A DNA stretch of 55,598 bases from a virus (lineage: Duplodnaviria; Caudoviricetes), in the IMG/VR virus record IMGVR_UViG_3300037424_000222, positions 1 through 55,598 of that record; one strand, written 5' to 3'. This document shows, one piece after another, positions 36,271 through 46,350 of this stretch. A model generated the notes under the pieces. The model was not told the origin of the DNA. It did not search any database and saw nothing but the letters and a program-made list of their open reading frames with translations. Numbering within the stretch: the stretch's first letter is position 1; each line of letters opens with the position of its first letter. The position numbers and the translations under genes are program-made.

Positions 36271-36334
36271 ATAAGCTCCTAGTAGTTATCCCCTCAGATA
36301 CTATTATCAGTATGCCCCGGATTAATTAAAATTA

Positions 36335-36772
36335 CTATGCAGTTACTCTCCTACTCCAGCCTATGTTAATAAGGATTAAGTACAATTGGTATGGTGTTAG
36401 TCGGTGTGTATTAGGTACATTTATGATTCCATGTCTATGTAGCAACTCTGATACAAACTCAATACAAGTTACCTTTTTACTCTCCTGTGCTTCAATCCTG
36501 AATGGAAAGGAGAGGAGGGAAAGTAGGTCATACTTAGTACCTATCATCTTCTTGGCCTCTTCTAGTACATTTCCACCCTCGATTGTAACATCAGAGTATG
36601 AACTATAATCCCCAATTTCCCTTTCCTTTACACCACCTATTAACCTTGCACCAAGTGTCTTACCACTGCTTAATAGAAATTCTACATGAGAGAATGGAGA
36701 AAATGTCCACCACTTAATCCACTGTGAGATTATGGCCTTTTGTGCTGAGAATCTAACGGTTATTGTAGACAT
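36335..36772 (-). CDS. Permuted papain-like (NlpC/P60, YiiX-type) protein
   Basis: FSHVE precedes G.KYD ... C.EFV ... TP..L. Confidence 0.7.
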   Translation of the reverse strand: MSTITVRFSAQKAIISQWIKWWTFSPFSHVEFLLSSGKTLGARLIGGVKEREIGDYSSYSDVTIEGGNVLEEAKKMIGTKYDLLSLLSFPFRIEAQESKKVTCIEFVSELLHRHGIINVPNTHRLTPYQLYLILINIGWSRRVTA

Positions 36773-37314
36773 TATGCAGCCCTCGCATCACAATAAGTTT
36801 GATAGTCAGTTACTGTTTGCTCAGTTATTGTAGCACCATAATAGGCAGTTAGGTAGGCTGCCTCAATCTCTGTCATCTTCTGCCCAGCAAGGAGGTTCTC
36901 GGAAAAGATGTATGCTTCAAATTGAGATGCTGTCATACCAAGACGGACTCCAAAATCTCCCAGATGTTGAGCAGGTGTCTTTCCATTTCGGAGTATAGTA
37001 GTAGTATCACTAGCCCCTTTTAAGGCTGCCTCAAAATTTTGCTCATAGACAGTGGCAATGCCAGAGTTCTTCGGGAACCTATCAAGAGCAGAAGCACGAA
37101 TAGCTTTAACTCTATCCCTGAGTTTCTGTTCCTCTCTGGCAGCCCCATTATTAAAGTGGGCCAGGATTACAGTACTTGCATCCCCCTCCCCCAAATAATC
37201 AACACTTCCGGGAGCAGTGCTGATTTTATTCCCCTCAGCTCCAAAGGTAGCAACGAGTTCCTGCCGGAGAATCTCTGGGTCAAAGGATTGCCATTCCGTG
37301 GTTGTGTATTTCAT
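36772..37314 (-). CDS. Putative tail fibre-associated / chaperone protein
   Basis: Position after the tail fibre. Confidence 0.5.
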   Translation of the reverse strand: MKYTTTEWQSFDPEILRQELVATFGAEGNKISTAPGSVDYLGEGDASTVILAHFNNGAAREEQKLRDRVKAIRASALDRFPKNSGIATVYEQNFEAALKGASDTTTILRNGKTPAQHLGDFGVRLGMTASQFEAYIFSENLLAGQKMTEIEAAYLTAYYGATITEQTVTDYQTYCDARAA

Positions 37315-37487
37315 TTTACTTTCTCCATCATTTTGTCAACAGCTTGCCGAAGAGTGATATTGTCAGGATCACCGCCCTCTGGTTCACACCACTCCAAAGA
37401 AGCCCTGTCACGAGGATTCTCCGCTAAGAACCTAAACCGCGCTGCGTCTTGCTCTATTTTTATGAGGTCTTCTGGTGTGTATTTCAT
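37311..37487 (-). CDS. Small 58-aa protein inserted between tail fibre and downstream gene
   Basis: MKYTPEDLIKIEQDAARFRFL...LRQAVDKMMEKVK; overlap-coupled at both ends. Confidence 0.6.
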   Translation of the reverse strand: MKYTPEDLIKIEQDAARFRFLAENPRDRASLEWCEPEGGDPDNITLRQAVDKMMEKVK

Positions 37488-40465
37488 TATGATTTTGCCT
37501 CCACTTTGAGCATTCTTCTTACGCCACTGCTCGTAAGTGTTCCACTACTGCCCTGATTCATCTTTGACTCTATTTTATGCAGCCCGACACTGGTCGAAAC
37601 TTCTTGAGGCAGTAAGAGTGGACCACCAGTATTGGTCAACGCGGTGTAGTCAACGGCATATGAGCCAACAGCACCATCTAGCCACGAGGACAAGCCAACA
37701 ACATTACCAGCAGCTTGGGATGACAGCAGGGTTGTTTGATGCGTGGCACTTATCTCACTACCTATTACATAAGCCTCCATTTCAGGGATTAACACAGAAG
37801 TAGAACCAGAAGCTGAGGTTGGCGCTGATGTTACCCCCCTCCTCACTTCCTTCTGCACAACCCCCTCACCCATACAGTTCTTCTCCACCCCGCACAGTTG
37901 CTTGACAGATACTGGAGAACCGGCATTCCACAGAGGAGCGAAGAGGTCGGATTTATCTCCAGACCAATGTGCGAACTCTGAGCAGGTTCCGGTGGTGGCG
38001 ATGGGGAGGAGCATTCCGCCTTGGTAGTATTTGATGTATGACCAGATGGCATCTGCGTTTTCACCTGCAACACCGGTTAGGTCTCCAATATTAATGGTGT
38101 TAGCGGTATTGGCCGTAAGCAATTTTCCAGTACCATCAATAGCTAACACACCATCGATTAACAGATAGTAATTGCTACCTTGTCCACAGAGTATAAAGAT
38201 ATGATCCTGAGTCTTGAAATCGCCTTGAACAGTAAAGTCAGTGGAACTGGTCCCATTACCTGTGGATACGAAATATTCCTGAATGCGTAAGGTGATTCGC
38301 TTCGCCCCATCAAATACATCAATCACGCATCCTGCCCCCGCTGCGCTATTGGTATTAGATAAACACCTCAATTTTGCTGAAACCGCCCAACCTGTTGTAT
38401 TATTGAGCACAACTGTCTTTTGATATATACCATCATCTGTACTCGCATAGCCATTCGCGTTCTGATAGAGCTTCCCGCCTATGACGCTAATGGCGTTGGC
38501 TTCGGTGGCTGTACCTGTCCAAGTCCACCCCTGAGCACTAGGCAGACTCGTCATCTGCATGTCCTGAGTCCAGGTGGGGATTATCCCAAATCCATCCCCA
38601 AGCCTTGCAGTACCAAGCTCACGGAAGTTCTTATCCACGGTGAAGGTCTGGGCGGTCAAGGGAGTACCAACAGATACACCATCGACGTAGAGGGTGGCGT
38701 AGTCTGCTCCATCACCTACCGTGCGAACCTTGAAGCTCACATCGTGATTGCCAGAAGCTACTGAGCCAGTGCCGGTCACTTGGGCAAGGGTACGATCAGA
38801 CTCATAGATGGAGAGAACTGGATAACCAGAAGCATTGGTGGTCAGAGTGATCCTGTCGTGATCTAACCCAAACAAGAAGTCAGCTACGTTACTACTTACG
38901 GCATAGGTTCCCCTGTGGATGAAGGAAAACTCCTTTCCGTCGAAGAAATTGGCGAGAGGCTGCGCCACGGAACGTGATTGATTCCAAGGATTGCCGGGGT
39001 TGAAGGCCAGTTTGTAGTCGAACATCCCACCAGGTTGAAGGAGGGAGTTGGCGGCGGGGTTTTGGAGAAACGAGCAAAGGGTCGCGGTAGTGGTAGCTGT
39101 CCATGCGGGGGTAGCATCACCAGCATTTGCATACCCATGCGGATATTTGCTAGACCCCGTTGCCTTTATCACATAGTAGTTTGACGCATCTACGGCACCA
39201 CTGCGCGAGAACACTTCATGGTATTGAGTTCCTGCTGTCAATGAGGCTGTCGTCCCACCTATATAGTATAACTCCCCATCCGTCTTAGATGTAATCTGTT
39301 TGCCTGGAAGTGTGAGGGCTGTGAAAAGATTTGCCCCTGTTGGTGCGCCTGCGCTATTCGCCCGCATTGACCAAGTTAGATTATCGGTAGGATTCCCTAC
39401 CTTATAAACTTTCACCCACGTTCCTGGTGGGGTCATCGTTTCACTAACAACCCTCCCGGCAGATTGATATGTTCTCGCCGCAGCATCACCCAATACTCTG
39501 GTCGTATCATCCTGAATATTGCCCGTGGCCACACTGCCGAGACTTCCGTCCGGCAACCCACCCCATTGCGGTCCACCCCATTGCTGGTTGTAGCAAGAAG
39601 GTAGCCACCCTGCGCGGTACTTGTCGCGGAAACCGCCGTCGAGGGTTGGATGGTAGAGGTGGGTGAGGGAGTTAGGGTTGTATGCAGCAATATTACCAGC
39701 ACCGAGTATGGTAGTACCATTCACCGTCTTAATGTCAGTCCCAGATTCAGCAGCACCAACAACACCTGATGTACCCTTAAGGATACCAGAGGTAGTTGCT
39801 GCCTTAGCAAGCTTCCCGGTTGTACCATCAAAGAGCACTAGCTGGCTATCTACAGCAGACACAGGCCCTACAATAGCTGAATCAGCTAGGCTGGTCCACA
39901 CGGTTCCAGAGTATACCCGTAGTTCTGGTATAGCTGTATTCCAGTATAAGGCCCCAGTAAGTAGGGCAGCACCATCATTATCAAGAGTTGGGTCAGCAGC
40001 CTTAGCACCAAGGTACCTATCATCAAAGTTATCATAGGATGCAGCAGCAGCAGAAGCCGAAGCAGCAGCAGAGATAACATCAGCATTAGTAGCAACTTTA
40101 TCTAATCCAGTGGATACAACATCTGCATTTGTTGCAATCTTATCAATGGCAGTTGCTGCTGCATCTGCATGAGTAAGTACAACATCGGCATGGGTGAGTA
40201 CTACGTCTGCATGAGTAAGTACTACGTCAGCATGAGTAAGTACTACGTCAGCATGAGTAAGTACTACGTCAGCATGAGTAAGTACTACGTCAGCATCAGC
40301 ATCTGAGATAAGGGCAGCTGTATCAGAAACTATGGTCTGTAAAATCTGATCCCCAAGATCAAATGCAGTCTCCACAGCAACACTAAGATTATTCAAATCA
40401 GATGCTTTAGCTATATCACCATCATAGACTGTCAATGGTGCTGCTGTAAAATAAGGGTTAGCCAT
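37487..40465 (-). CDS. Tail fibre / receptor-binding protein
   Basis: Heptad repeats, FDDRYLGAK..DPTLDNDG..L..GALYWN motif, DIKTVNG..ILG.GNI, lectin-like C-terminal domains. Confidence 0.8.
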   Translation of the reverse strand: MANPYFTAAPLTVYDGDIAKASDLNNLSVAVETAFDLGDQILQTIVSDTAALISDADADVVLTHADVVLTHADVVLTHADVVLTHADVVLTHADVVLTHADAAATAIDKIATNADVVSTGLDKVATNADVISAAASASAAAASYDNFDDRYLGAKAADPTLDNDGAALLTGALYWNTAIPELRVYSGTVWTSLADSAIVGPVSAVDSQLVLFDGTTGKLAKAATTSGILKGTSGVVGAAESGTDIKTVNGTTILGAGNIAAYNPNSLTHLYHPTLDGGFRDKYRAGWLPSCYNQQWGGPQWGGLPDGSLGSVATGNIQDDTTRVLGDAAARTYQSAGRVVSETMTPPGTWVKVYKVGNPTDNLTWSMRANSAGAPTGANLFTALTLPGKQITSKTDGELYYIGGTTASLTAGTQYHEVFSRSGAVDASNYYVIKATGSSKYPHGYANAGDATPAWTATTTATLCSFLQNPAANSLLQPGGMFDYKLAFNPGNPWNQSRSVAQPLANFFDGKEFSFIHRGTYAVSSNVADFLFGLDHDRITLTTNASGYPVLSIYESDRTLAQVTGTGSVASGNHDVSFKVRTVGDGADYATLYVDGVSVGTPLTAQTFTVDKNFRELGTARLGDGFGIIPTWTQDMQMTSLPSAQGWTWTGTATEANAISVIGGKLYQNANGYASTDDGIYQKTVVLNNTTGWAVSAKLRCLSNTNSAAGAGCVIDVFDGAKRITLRIQEYFVSTGNGTSSTDFTVQGDFKTQDHIFILCGQGSNYYLLIDGVLAIDGTGKLLTANTANTINIGDLTGVAGENADAIWSYIKYYQGGMLLPIATTGTCSEFAHWSGDKSDLFAPLWNAGSPVSVKQLCGVEKNCMGEGVVQKEVRRGVTSAPTSASGSTSVLIPEMEAYVIGSEISATHQTTLLSSQAAGNVVGLSSWLDGAVGSYAVDYTALTNTGGPLLLPQEVSTSVGLHKIESKMNQGSSGTLTSSGVRRMLKVEAKS
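40169..40294 (-). repeat. Six 21-bp tandem repeats encoding ADVVLTH
   Basis: Four identical and two synonymous-variant copies. Confidence 0.9.
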
Positions 40466-40481
40466 TAAATGCTCCTATCTA

Positions 40482-41153
40482 TTACTTTATAAAGGTTTGC
40501 CTAGAGCCTAGTGTATTGCACTGGTAGTGTATCCCAAAGTTCGGTACAAATGCATCACCAGTATATGTATCATTCGCATGTGTCCCTTCCCTAAATATTC
40601 TAACACATAGGCCAGAACCAATCTTCATACCTGCACCAGATATCGTAGGGAAGGATACTACTTGGTGTGTACCAGCAACCGATGCAACAGAATCTACATA
40701 TATGGAGGTTGATGTTGTTCTAACATCCCCAGTATTCACCCAGGCATACTCTAACCCCCACCGTACAGTTCCTGAGCTAGTAGTCATAGGAGACCAATGG
40801 ATGTGTGGGATTATGTCAGTCCCTTCCTGATAGTCATGAAGTATCTCTGTACACCCGTGTAAATCCTGATCCTTACTAGCAGAGAATGTGTATCCAGCTA
40901 TTGAACCAACTATGATAGTCCAATCTGGCGATGTTACACCCAGTTTTAAATTTGATGCTGGAAAGTTAATATCGTTCCATACAACTGCATCCCCACTGAA
41001 AACCAATGTACCATCAGCCTCTACGCTGATATTGCCATAGCTGAATGGGAGTTGAAGTATATTATTTGTCCTTCTTATAATCTCATTTAGCTGCGTCTCT
41101 AGTGATGAGTCTGTAAACGTGAATAGCTTACGAATCTTCTGGATTATGTTCAT
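40482..41153 (-). CDS. Putative tail or structural protein
   Basis: HDY.EGT...PHIHW ... VRWGLEY; position in the tail module. Confidence 0.55.
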   Translation of the reverse strand: MNIIQKIRKLFTFTDSSLETQLNEIIRRTNNILQLPFSYGNISVEADGTLVFSGDAVVWNDINFPASNLKLGVTSPDWTIIVGSIAGYTFSASKDQDLHGCTEILHDYQEGTDIIPHIHWSPMTTSSGTVRWGLEYAWVNTGDVRTTSTSIYVDSVASVAGTHQVVSFPTISGAGMKIGSGLCVRIFREGTHANDTYTGDAFVPNFGIHYQCNTLGSRQTFIK

Positions 41154-43426
41154 ACTTGCTTAGGCCCACTAGTAAAGTCAACAATGAAGTTATGTAGTGT
41201 ATGTTGCTTCTTATACTTACTGGATGTACGTAGCTGAACACCCATGTTTGTACCATACCCAGTGAGGTAGTACACGATACGACTAGCAGCAGAGGCACCC
41301 CAAATAAACGCACCCCAGAGAATCTCCCCATACTTACTACTGGATGAGGTAGATGTAGTCGTTTCAGAGTATGGCATGGTAGGTACGTTTGGCTCATTAT
41401 AGTCAAAGACTAGCCGTATCCCTATCTTAGTACCAAGTTCTCCGGTTCCCTCAAAGACTATACGCTTAAAGTACTTCCAGATGCGTGGTGTCTTGTAGTG
41501 ATAATATGAGGTGGTTAGCTGTGTATTAATGGCCTCTCCATCAAAGGAGGTACCACTATCAAACTCATATACATACCCAGTTGGGGATACAAAGAAGCGA
41601 AGGGTGTCCCGTGTGGTTGATGGCCCCTCAGTGATATAGGAGATGTTCTTACCATAGGAAAGTTTTGTTGCTCCTTTGACCCTTTTCTCTAGGTCAAACG
41701 TGAGAATCAAAACATCCCCAGTATTAAAGTATATTAGATACTGACTCAACTTCTCATTTACTAGGCAACCAACTATGGCGTCTCTATTAGCCAAGTAGGT
41801 GGTCTGCACCTTACTCGTTATAACAGCGCTCTCCATTGACCCATAGGTGCTAGATGACTCAAGGGATACGATGCCATCATGGTCTGCAAAGTAAACAGTA
41901 CCTAAGATGCTCCTTGCTGTATTCTTCTTCGATCCACGACTCCTACTAAATGTTTCAACCTGGAATGCCCACAGTGTATCCTCATAAAGTACACTCTTAA
42001 TGATCTTTATAAAAGACTCACACGCCACAACCAAGACATTACCTGGTGCCTCTGTGATATTAGTTATAGGTGAACCTAAGAATAACTCACCAGCAGATGC
42101 TGTGATTGAGGAGTAGTTAGTTGGATCACCAACATCTGAGAATATAACAGAACCTTCTGAGTAGCCTAAGAATAGCCTATTATCATATGCCCCACACAGG
42201 GATGCATACTTGGGCGTTACTTGGTTATCTGGCAGCTCTGCACTAGTAAGCATAGTAGTTGTAGTCCCATCAAATATCCTAGGGATAGATGCACCATCCA
42301 CTATTACCATGACTATATCATTAGTACTAAAGGATTCAAATCTGTACTGTACGGTGAATATAGATGACCCAACCGCAAAGTCATATCCGGTAGGTTGAAC
42401 TACCTCCACCCACCCTGCACTTGTCCCTTTATACATGACTGTACGGGTAGCTGCGGTTGCACTATCCTCCCTCCACCCATATAGAGTATCCTTATAGTAA
42501 GCAATACCAGCTACACGACCTGACCCTGGTAGTGCTTCAATGAGGGCCCTTTGAGTCTCCCTATCCCTATCATCTACTAGCTCATAGAAGTATTCATTCC
42601 TCAGTGAGAAGAGGCTAACAGGGGGAACAAAGTTAATTGGATACCTAACTTTAGAAGACAGTCTAACTTGGTCCATGTTGAATGCAAGAGTTGTAGAACC
42701 AAAAACAAGGTCTCCTGTACTCGGGATGATAGGAGTTGCAAGAGTAGTAGGCAGTCCAAGACTACCATTGATAGATACATATATATCTTCTGAGATGTTT
42801 TGAACCGCATAGTGAAACCACCTATTTGTCTGTATGCTAGAAGAGGGGATTACAGTATCATATGTCACTCCATCTGTGCTACAATGAAAGTCGATTGTTG
42901 TTGTATTAAAAACTACCTTGTATTCCCCAGCCTTTTCAAATAGGATGCCATTAGCACTTCCAGCTGGTATGAATATATACCCCTCCCAACAAAAGTCACC
43001 AACCAGTGAGAGTGCAGGGTCATGTAGTATGGTTAGCGTAGATAACTTAGGGAATAGGAACGAAGAGGAGCCATTCTTATATCGGGTTGTAGTTAGGATA
43101 ACCCCATTATTGATAGTATCATAGGAATGTAGGGATAAGTCAACAATATTCGACTCCCCCTCACCAAGCAGGATAACATCCCCATCAATACCATAATCAA
43201 TCGTAGTTACTGTAGGTACATCTGATGCTTTACCCATCCCATTAACACGCTCAAAACCACCGATGGATGTGTATCCGCTATATTGTCCTGAGATTTCCTG
43301 GTAGTTTACACAAGATATAAGCTCCCCACTCTTCAACTGCAAGGAAGAAACCTCTTCATTTAAACCACCAGTAAGGTATACTACTTCTTGCTGCAATCTT
43401 GGCATACTTACTGTGGGTGCTCTCAT
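41150..43426 (-). CDS. Tail nozzle / stabilization protein with an inserted LamG-like domain
   Basis: GGLN N-terminus, propeller-like NRLF and VYFAD segments; insert GDFCWEG...WFHYAV...MDQVRLS..RY..NF.PP. Confidence 0.65.
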   Translation of the reverse strand: MRAPTVSMPRLQQEVVYLTGGLNEEVSSLQLKSGELISCVNYQEISGQYSGYTSIGGFERVNGMGKASDVPTVTTIDYGIDGDVILLGEGESNIVDLSLHSYDTINNGVILTTTRYKNGSSSFLFPKLSTLTILHDPALSLVGDFCWEGYIFIPAGSANGILFEKAGEYKVVFNTTTIDFHCSTDGVTYDTVIPSSSIQTNRWFHYAVQNISEDIYVSINGSLGLPTTLATPIIPSTGDLVFGSTTLAFNMDQVRLSSKVRYPINFVPPVSLFSLRNEYFYELVDDRDRETQRALIEALPGSGRVAGIAYYKDTLYGWREDSATAATRTVMYKGTSAGWVEVVQPTGYDFAVGSSIFTVQYRFESFSTNDIVMVIVDGASIPRIFDGTTTTMLTSAELPDNQVTPKYASLCGAYDNRLFLGYSEGSVIFSDVGDPTNYSSITASAGELFLGSPITNITEAPGNVLVVACESFIKIIKSVLYEDTLWAFQVETFSRSRGSKKNTARSILGTVYFADHDGIVSLESSSTYGSMESAVITSKVQTTYLANRDAIVGCLVNEKLSQYLIYFNTGDVLILTFDLEKRVKGATKLSYGKNISYITEGPSTTRDTLRFFVSPTGYVYEFDSGTSFDGEAINTQLTTSYYHYKTPRIWKYFKRIVFEGTGELGTKIGIRLVFDYNEPNVPTMPYSETTTSTSSSSKYGEILWGAFIWGASAASRIVYYLTGYGTNMGVQLRTSSKYKKQHTLHNFIVDFTSGPKQV

Positions 43427-44067
43427 TATGCTATTGCCCTCTTCCTTAAAACAAGTTGTGGTAGTTCCTTACGAAGTAAGTAGCCCATAGACTTATTATA
43501 GTTAATAACTGCTTTCTGATAAATCTCAGAGGAAATAATAGAGACTAAATTCATAAGTGCGAGGTGAACAATCAAGTAGTGATGCTCACTCGGCATAATG
43601 GGGGTATCGGTATTATTAACTAGTATCTGTGGCTTAAGGTAATAGTGTGCTGAGATAGAGTATGTACCATTTACCTTATTGAATATTAATGCATCATCAT
43701 ATGGCCTGATTGCAACCATGTTTGGGGTACTTGGTGTATCCTTAGCTGGGTCCATAAGAACAGATGAATCATAATCTATGACCCGAACTGGTAGAAAATT
43801 ATACAGTATCAGCTTCTCGTTCCAGGCAGATAGAAAGTCACCACTTAAAAGGGTTGTCGGTAGATATGTAGTAGTAGCAGGGGTTATAGAAAATGTAACA
43901 TCCCTTCTTAAAAAATTCCAATTTGTTCTTTCCAGTTGGATATCTATAAAGGATTGCCTAACCGCCTCTACGAGTTCCGCTTGATATCCAGTGGCCATTA
44001 CTGAGCTAACATCCCCCTGGAACTCACCAACTTGGTTTACCTTTTTACATATCTCTAGGAAATTCAT
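43426..44067 (-). CDS. Head-tail adaptor / tail tubular protein A-like
   Basis: MNFLEI, W.FLR, L....DTP..P..HH.LIV; follows the capsid gene. Confidence 0.65.
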   Translation of the reverse strand: MNFLEICKKVNQVGEFQGDVSSVMATGYQAELVEAVRQSFIDIQLERTNWNFLRRDVTFSITPATTTYLPTTLLSGDFLSAWNEKLILYNFLPVRVIDYDSSVLMDPAKDTPSTPNMVAIRPYDDALIFNKVNGTYSISAHYYLKPQILVNNTDTPIMPSEHHYLIVHLALMNLVSIISSEIYQKAVINYNKSMGYLLRKELPQLVLRKRAIA

Positions 44068-44264
44068 TTCTTAGGTCGCCCCATCTTCTTAGGTTCAACA
44101 GGAATCTTCTCCTCCACAACAGGAGGGACTTCTACTACTACTTTTGGAATCTCTCTCTCTTCTTTCTTCTCTTCCTTAATAAGCTCGAAATCACTTGCAT
44201 ACAGTTTATAGTACGCCTCATTCAACTCATATATAACACCGGTATCAATACGCTTGGCTTTCAT
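44064..44264 (-). CDS. Small protein with terminal GRPKK motif
   Basis: GAGG RBS; overlap-coupled. Confidence 0.55.
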   Translation of the reverse strand: MKAKRIDTGVIYELNEAYYKLYASDFELIKEEKKEEREIPKVVVEVPPVVEEKIPVEPKKMGRPKK

Positions 44265-44275
44265 GTATCCCTCAT

Positions 44276-44316
44276 AAAAAAGGGGAGTAGATAACAGTTT
44301 CCCATACCTACTCCCC
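44276..44316 (-). terminator. Intrinsic terminator after the major capsid gene
   Basis: GGGGAGTAG/CTACTCCCC stem followed by a T run on the minus strand. Confidence 0.7.
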
Positions 44317-44325
44317 CTATCTTAA

Positions 44326-45282
44326 TTAACCCTTATAGAACGAACCTACGGTAAGTCCAGTAGGCTGTACTACCTTACGGCCATACACAAACAGTGTACG
44401 CCAGTACTCACCAAAGGAATCAGGAATCTGGAGAGTATCCGTCTTACTTACCTGCATTGCAAAGGAAGTAGCTTCCTTAGTACCCGCTACAGCATAGAAA
44501 CACTCATTGCCACTGAGGGTTGCATGGGTCAGGTTATTAGACTGGTAGATCATGGTACGGTCAACCTGACCAATAAGGCCAGACCGGATTACACCAGTAC
44601 CATCACCAGATACATCTGCCCGACGAAGATCACCAAGCTTCAACAGCGCGCAGTACCAAGCCGGGAGCACCAAGAAACGACCCTCGGAACTCTGATTAGC
44701 CTCATCCAATACCTGATTCATGTATACAATGTAATCAACAGCATTGGTGGAGGTGATGGCAATACCACTGGTACCAACTACACCAAGGTCAATGTTTGCA
44801 GAGAGAGCACCAGCGGTTGCACCAACATTGGCTGCGTCTGCCCCGGTGGACATATAACCGAGGATATCAGTATCAGTAGCGATACGCAGTCTCTCGGATG
44901 CATCGTCAGCAAACATATTGATGAGACCAATGTCAGACTGCGCCTTATCAATGTCATCTACGCGGAATGCAACATAGTTGGCCTTATCAATGGTAAGGAA
45001 GGTATTATCAGCCTTCGGTACCTCATACGTGATCGGGAGACCAATGGTGTACGGGTTTACGGTGAGGGTGGGGGTCCGACGGATGATAACCTGATCCCCG
45101 GCATTCTTAATCTCACCTTCGTAATCGGTGTTACAAATATCATTGTAGAACGAGTTAGCATAGAAGTTCTTGAGAACCTTCTTGCTGTACAGTTTCGGGA
45201 TATACTTAGACGCCGAGTCAGAACCGTAATGATCGACAGTCGTATCACCATAATATCCACTAGTAATTGCTACGCGAGCCAT
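44326..45282 (-). CDS. Major capsid protein
   Basis: YIPKLYS, NTDYEGEI...GD.V.I, LTIDK, F.VDDID..QS, GR..V.P, VYG.KVV.P; follows the scaffold gene. Confidence 0.88.
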   Translation of the reverse strand: MARVAITSGYYGDTTVDHYGSDSASKYIPKLYSKKVLKNFYANSFYNDICNTDYEGEIKNAGDQVIIRRTPTLTVNPYTIGLPITYEVPKADNTFLTIDKANYVAFRVDDIDKAQSDIGLINMFADDASERLRIATDTDILGYMSTGADAANVGATAGALSANIDLGVVGTSGIAITSTNAVDYIVYMNQVLDEANQSSEGRFLVLPAWYCALLKLGDLRRADVSGDGTGVIRSGLIGQVDRTMIYQSNNLTHATLSGNECFYAVAGTKEATSFAMQVSKTDTLQIPDSFGEYWRTLFVYGRKVVQPTGLTVGSFYKG

Positions 45283-45317
45283 GTTTAAATCTCCTTACTT
45301 TTTATTTTTCTTTTCAT

Positions 45318-46268
45318 TTATTTTCGGACCTTTCCTTGTAGGATAGCTTGGTCAATCTTGAACTCAATCTCCTTTGCCAAAGCTGCACGGCCCTTATATT
45401 TGCCATGTGTTACGTCATCATAAAACTTATCAATGAATCGCATATCTACTACGAAATCATCTCCCTGCTTCACTGACTGAGTACCAGTGTTAGTACCGGT
45501 TGGTGTAATCTTACTCTCAAGGGAATTACCCTTCGTCATGTTCTTGAAGGTTACAAAGAACTCTGCAACTCTAGCAACATCCCCGTTTGCTTCTGCTCTC
45601 TTGAACAAGTCCTTACGGGCTGCTCCAGAGTAGTCTTCGATACCCTGCATCCACTCAATAAACTTGGGATTGGTATCAATAGTAGCAAAATCGGGTACGA
45701 GTCTGCCGAGTCTAGACAGAAAGTTCCTCTGCGAGGTCAGCCTATCGTTATCCGCTTCACGCTCAAGTTGCTTCATGCGCAACTCTTTCTCCTTTCGCAG
45801 TTCCTCTTGCAAGGGGGCAATAGCATGATTAGTTGCTTTCTTCATAGCAGCAATGGCTTCATCACCGAGGATATCTCTCTCTTCTTGAGAGTAAATATCA
45901 ACATCTTTTGCATTGCTGTGTGCAGAATCCTGCAACTCTGAGATACGTTTACTTGCTGAAACAAGGGAGGTTTTCAACTCCGATACCTCTTTACGCAAGT
46001 CGAAGGCCAGTGCATCGTGATGGGAACGAAGGGATACATACCGAGTTTTCCAATCGGTATACTTCCGCTTCTCTTTAGAGTCAGTTGATTCTTGACTGAG
46101 GTCTGCCTCAGCAGAAGGGCCATTATCCTCTTCCTCATTATCCTCTGCTTCCTTTCCTTCCTCTTCGTCACTCTTCTCCTCAATAGTGGGCTTGCCCGTA
46201 GTATTAAAGATTGCTGCTTCAAGCTCATCGGTCTCTTTTTCCAACTTATCCAACTGACTGTTACCCAT
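45318..46268 (-). CDS. Scaffolding protein
   Basis: Acidic N-terminus, WK.RY..L, VPDF..I...P.F..W, EID.A..QG.VR. Confidence 0.75.
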   Translation of the reverse strand: MGNSQLDKLEKETDELEAAIFNTTGKPTIEEKSDEEEGKEAEDNEEEDNGPSAEADLSQESTDSKEKRKYTDWKTRYVSLRSHHDALAFDLRKEVSELKTSLVSASKRISELQDSAHSNAKDVDIYSQEERDILGDEAIAAMKKATNHAIAPLQEELRKEKELRMKQLEREADNDRLTSQRNFLSRLGRLVPDFATIDTNPKFIEWMQGIEDYSGAARKDLFKRAEANGDVARVAEFFVTFKNMTKGNSLESKITPTGTNTGTQSVKQGDDFVVDMRFIDKFYDDVTHGKYKGRAALAKEIEFKIDQAILQGKVRK

Positions 46269-46350
46269 TTACTGCTCCTTTGTTGACCTGGGTGTACAAG
46301 GTTACTTAGGGTACCCATTATTGGGTCTAAGTAGTAGCTTATACAGGGGC

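Noticed and set aside
44524-45288. Long antisense ORFs opposite the capsid, portal, ejection and 52901 genes
   Set aside because: Shadow frames of genes with biased codon usage; no RBS or recognisable motifs.
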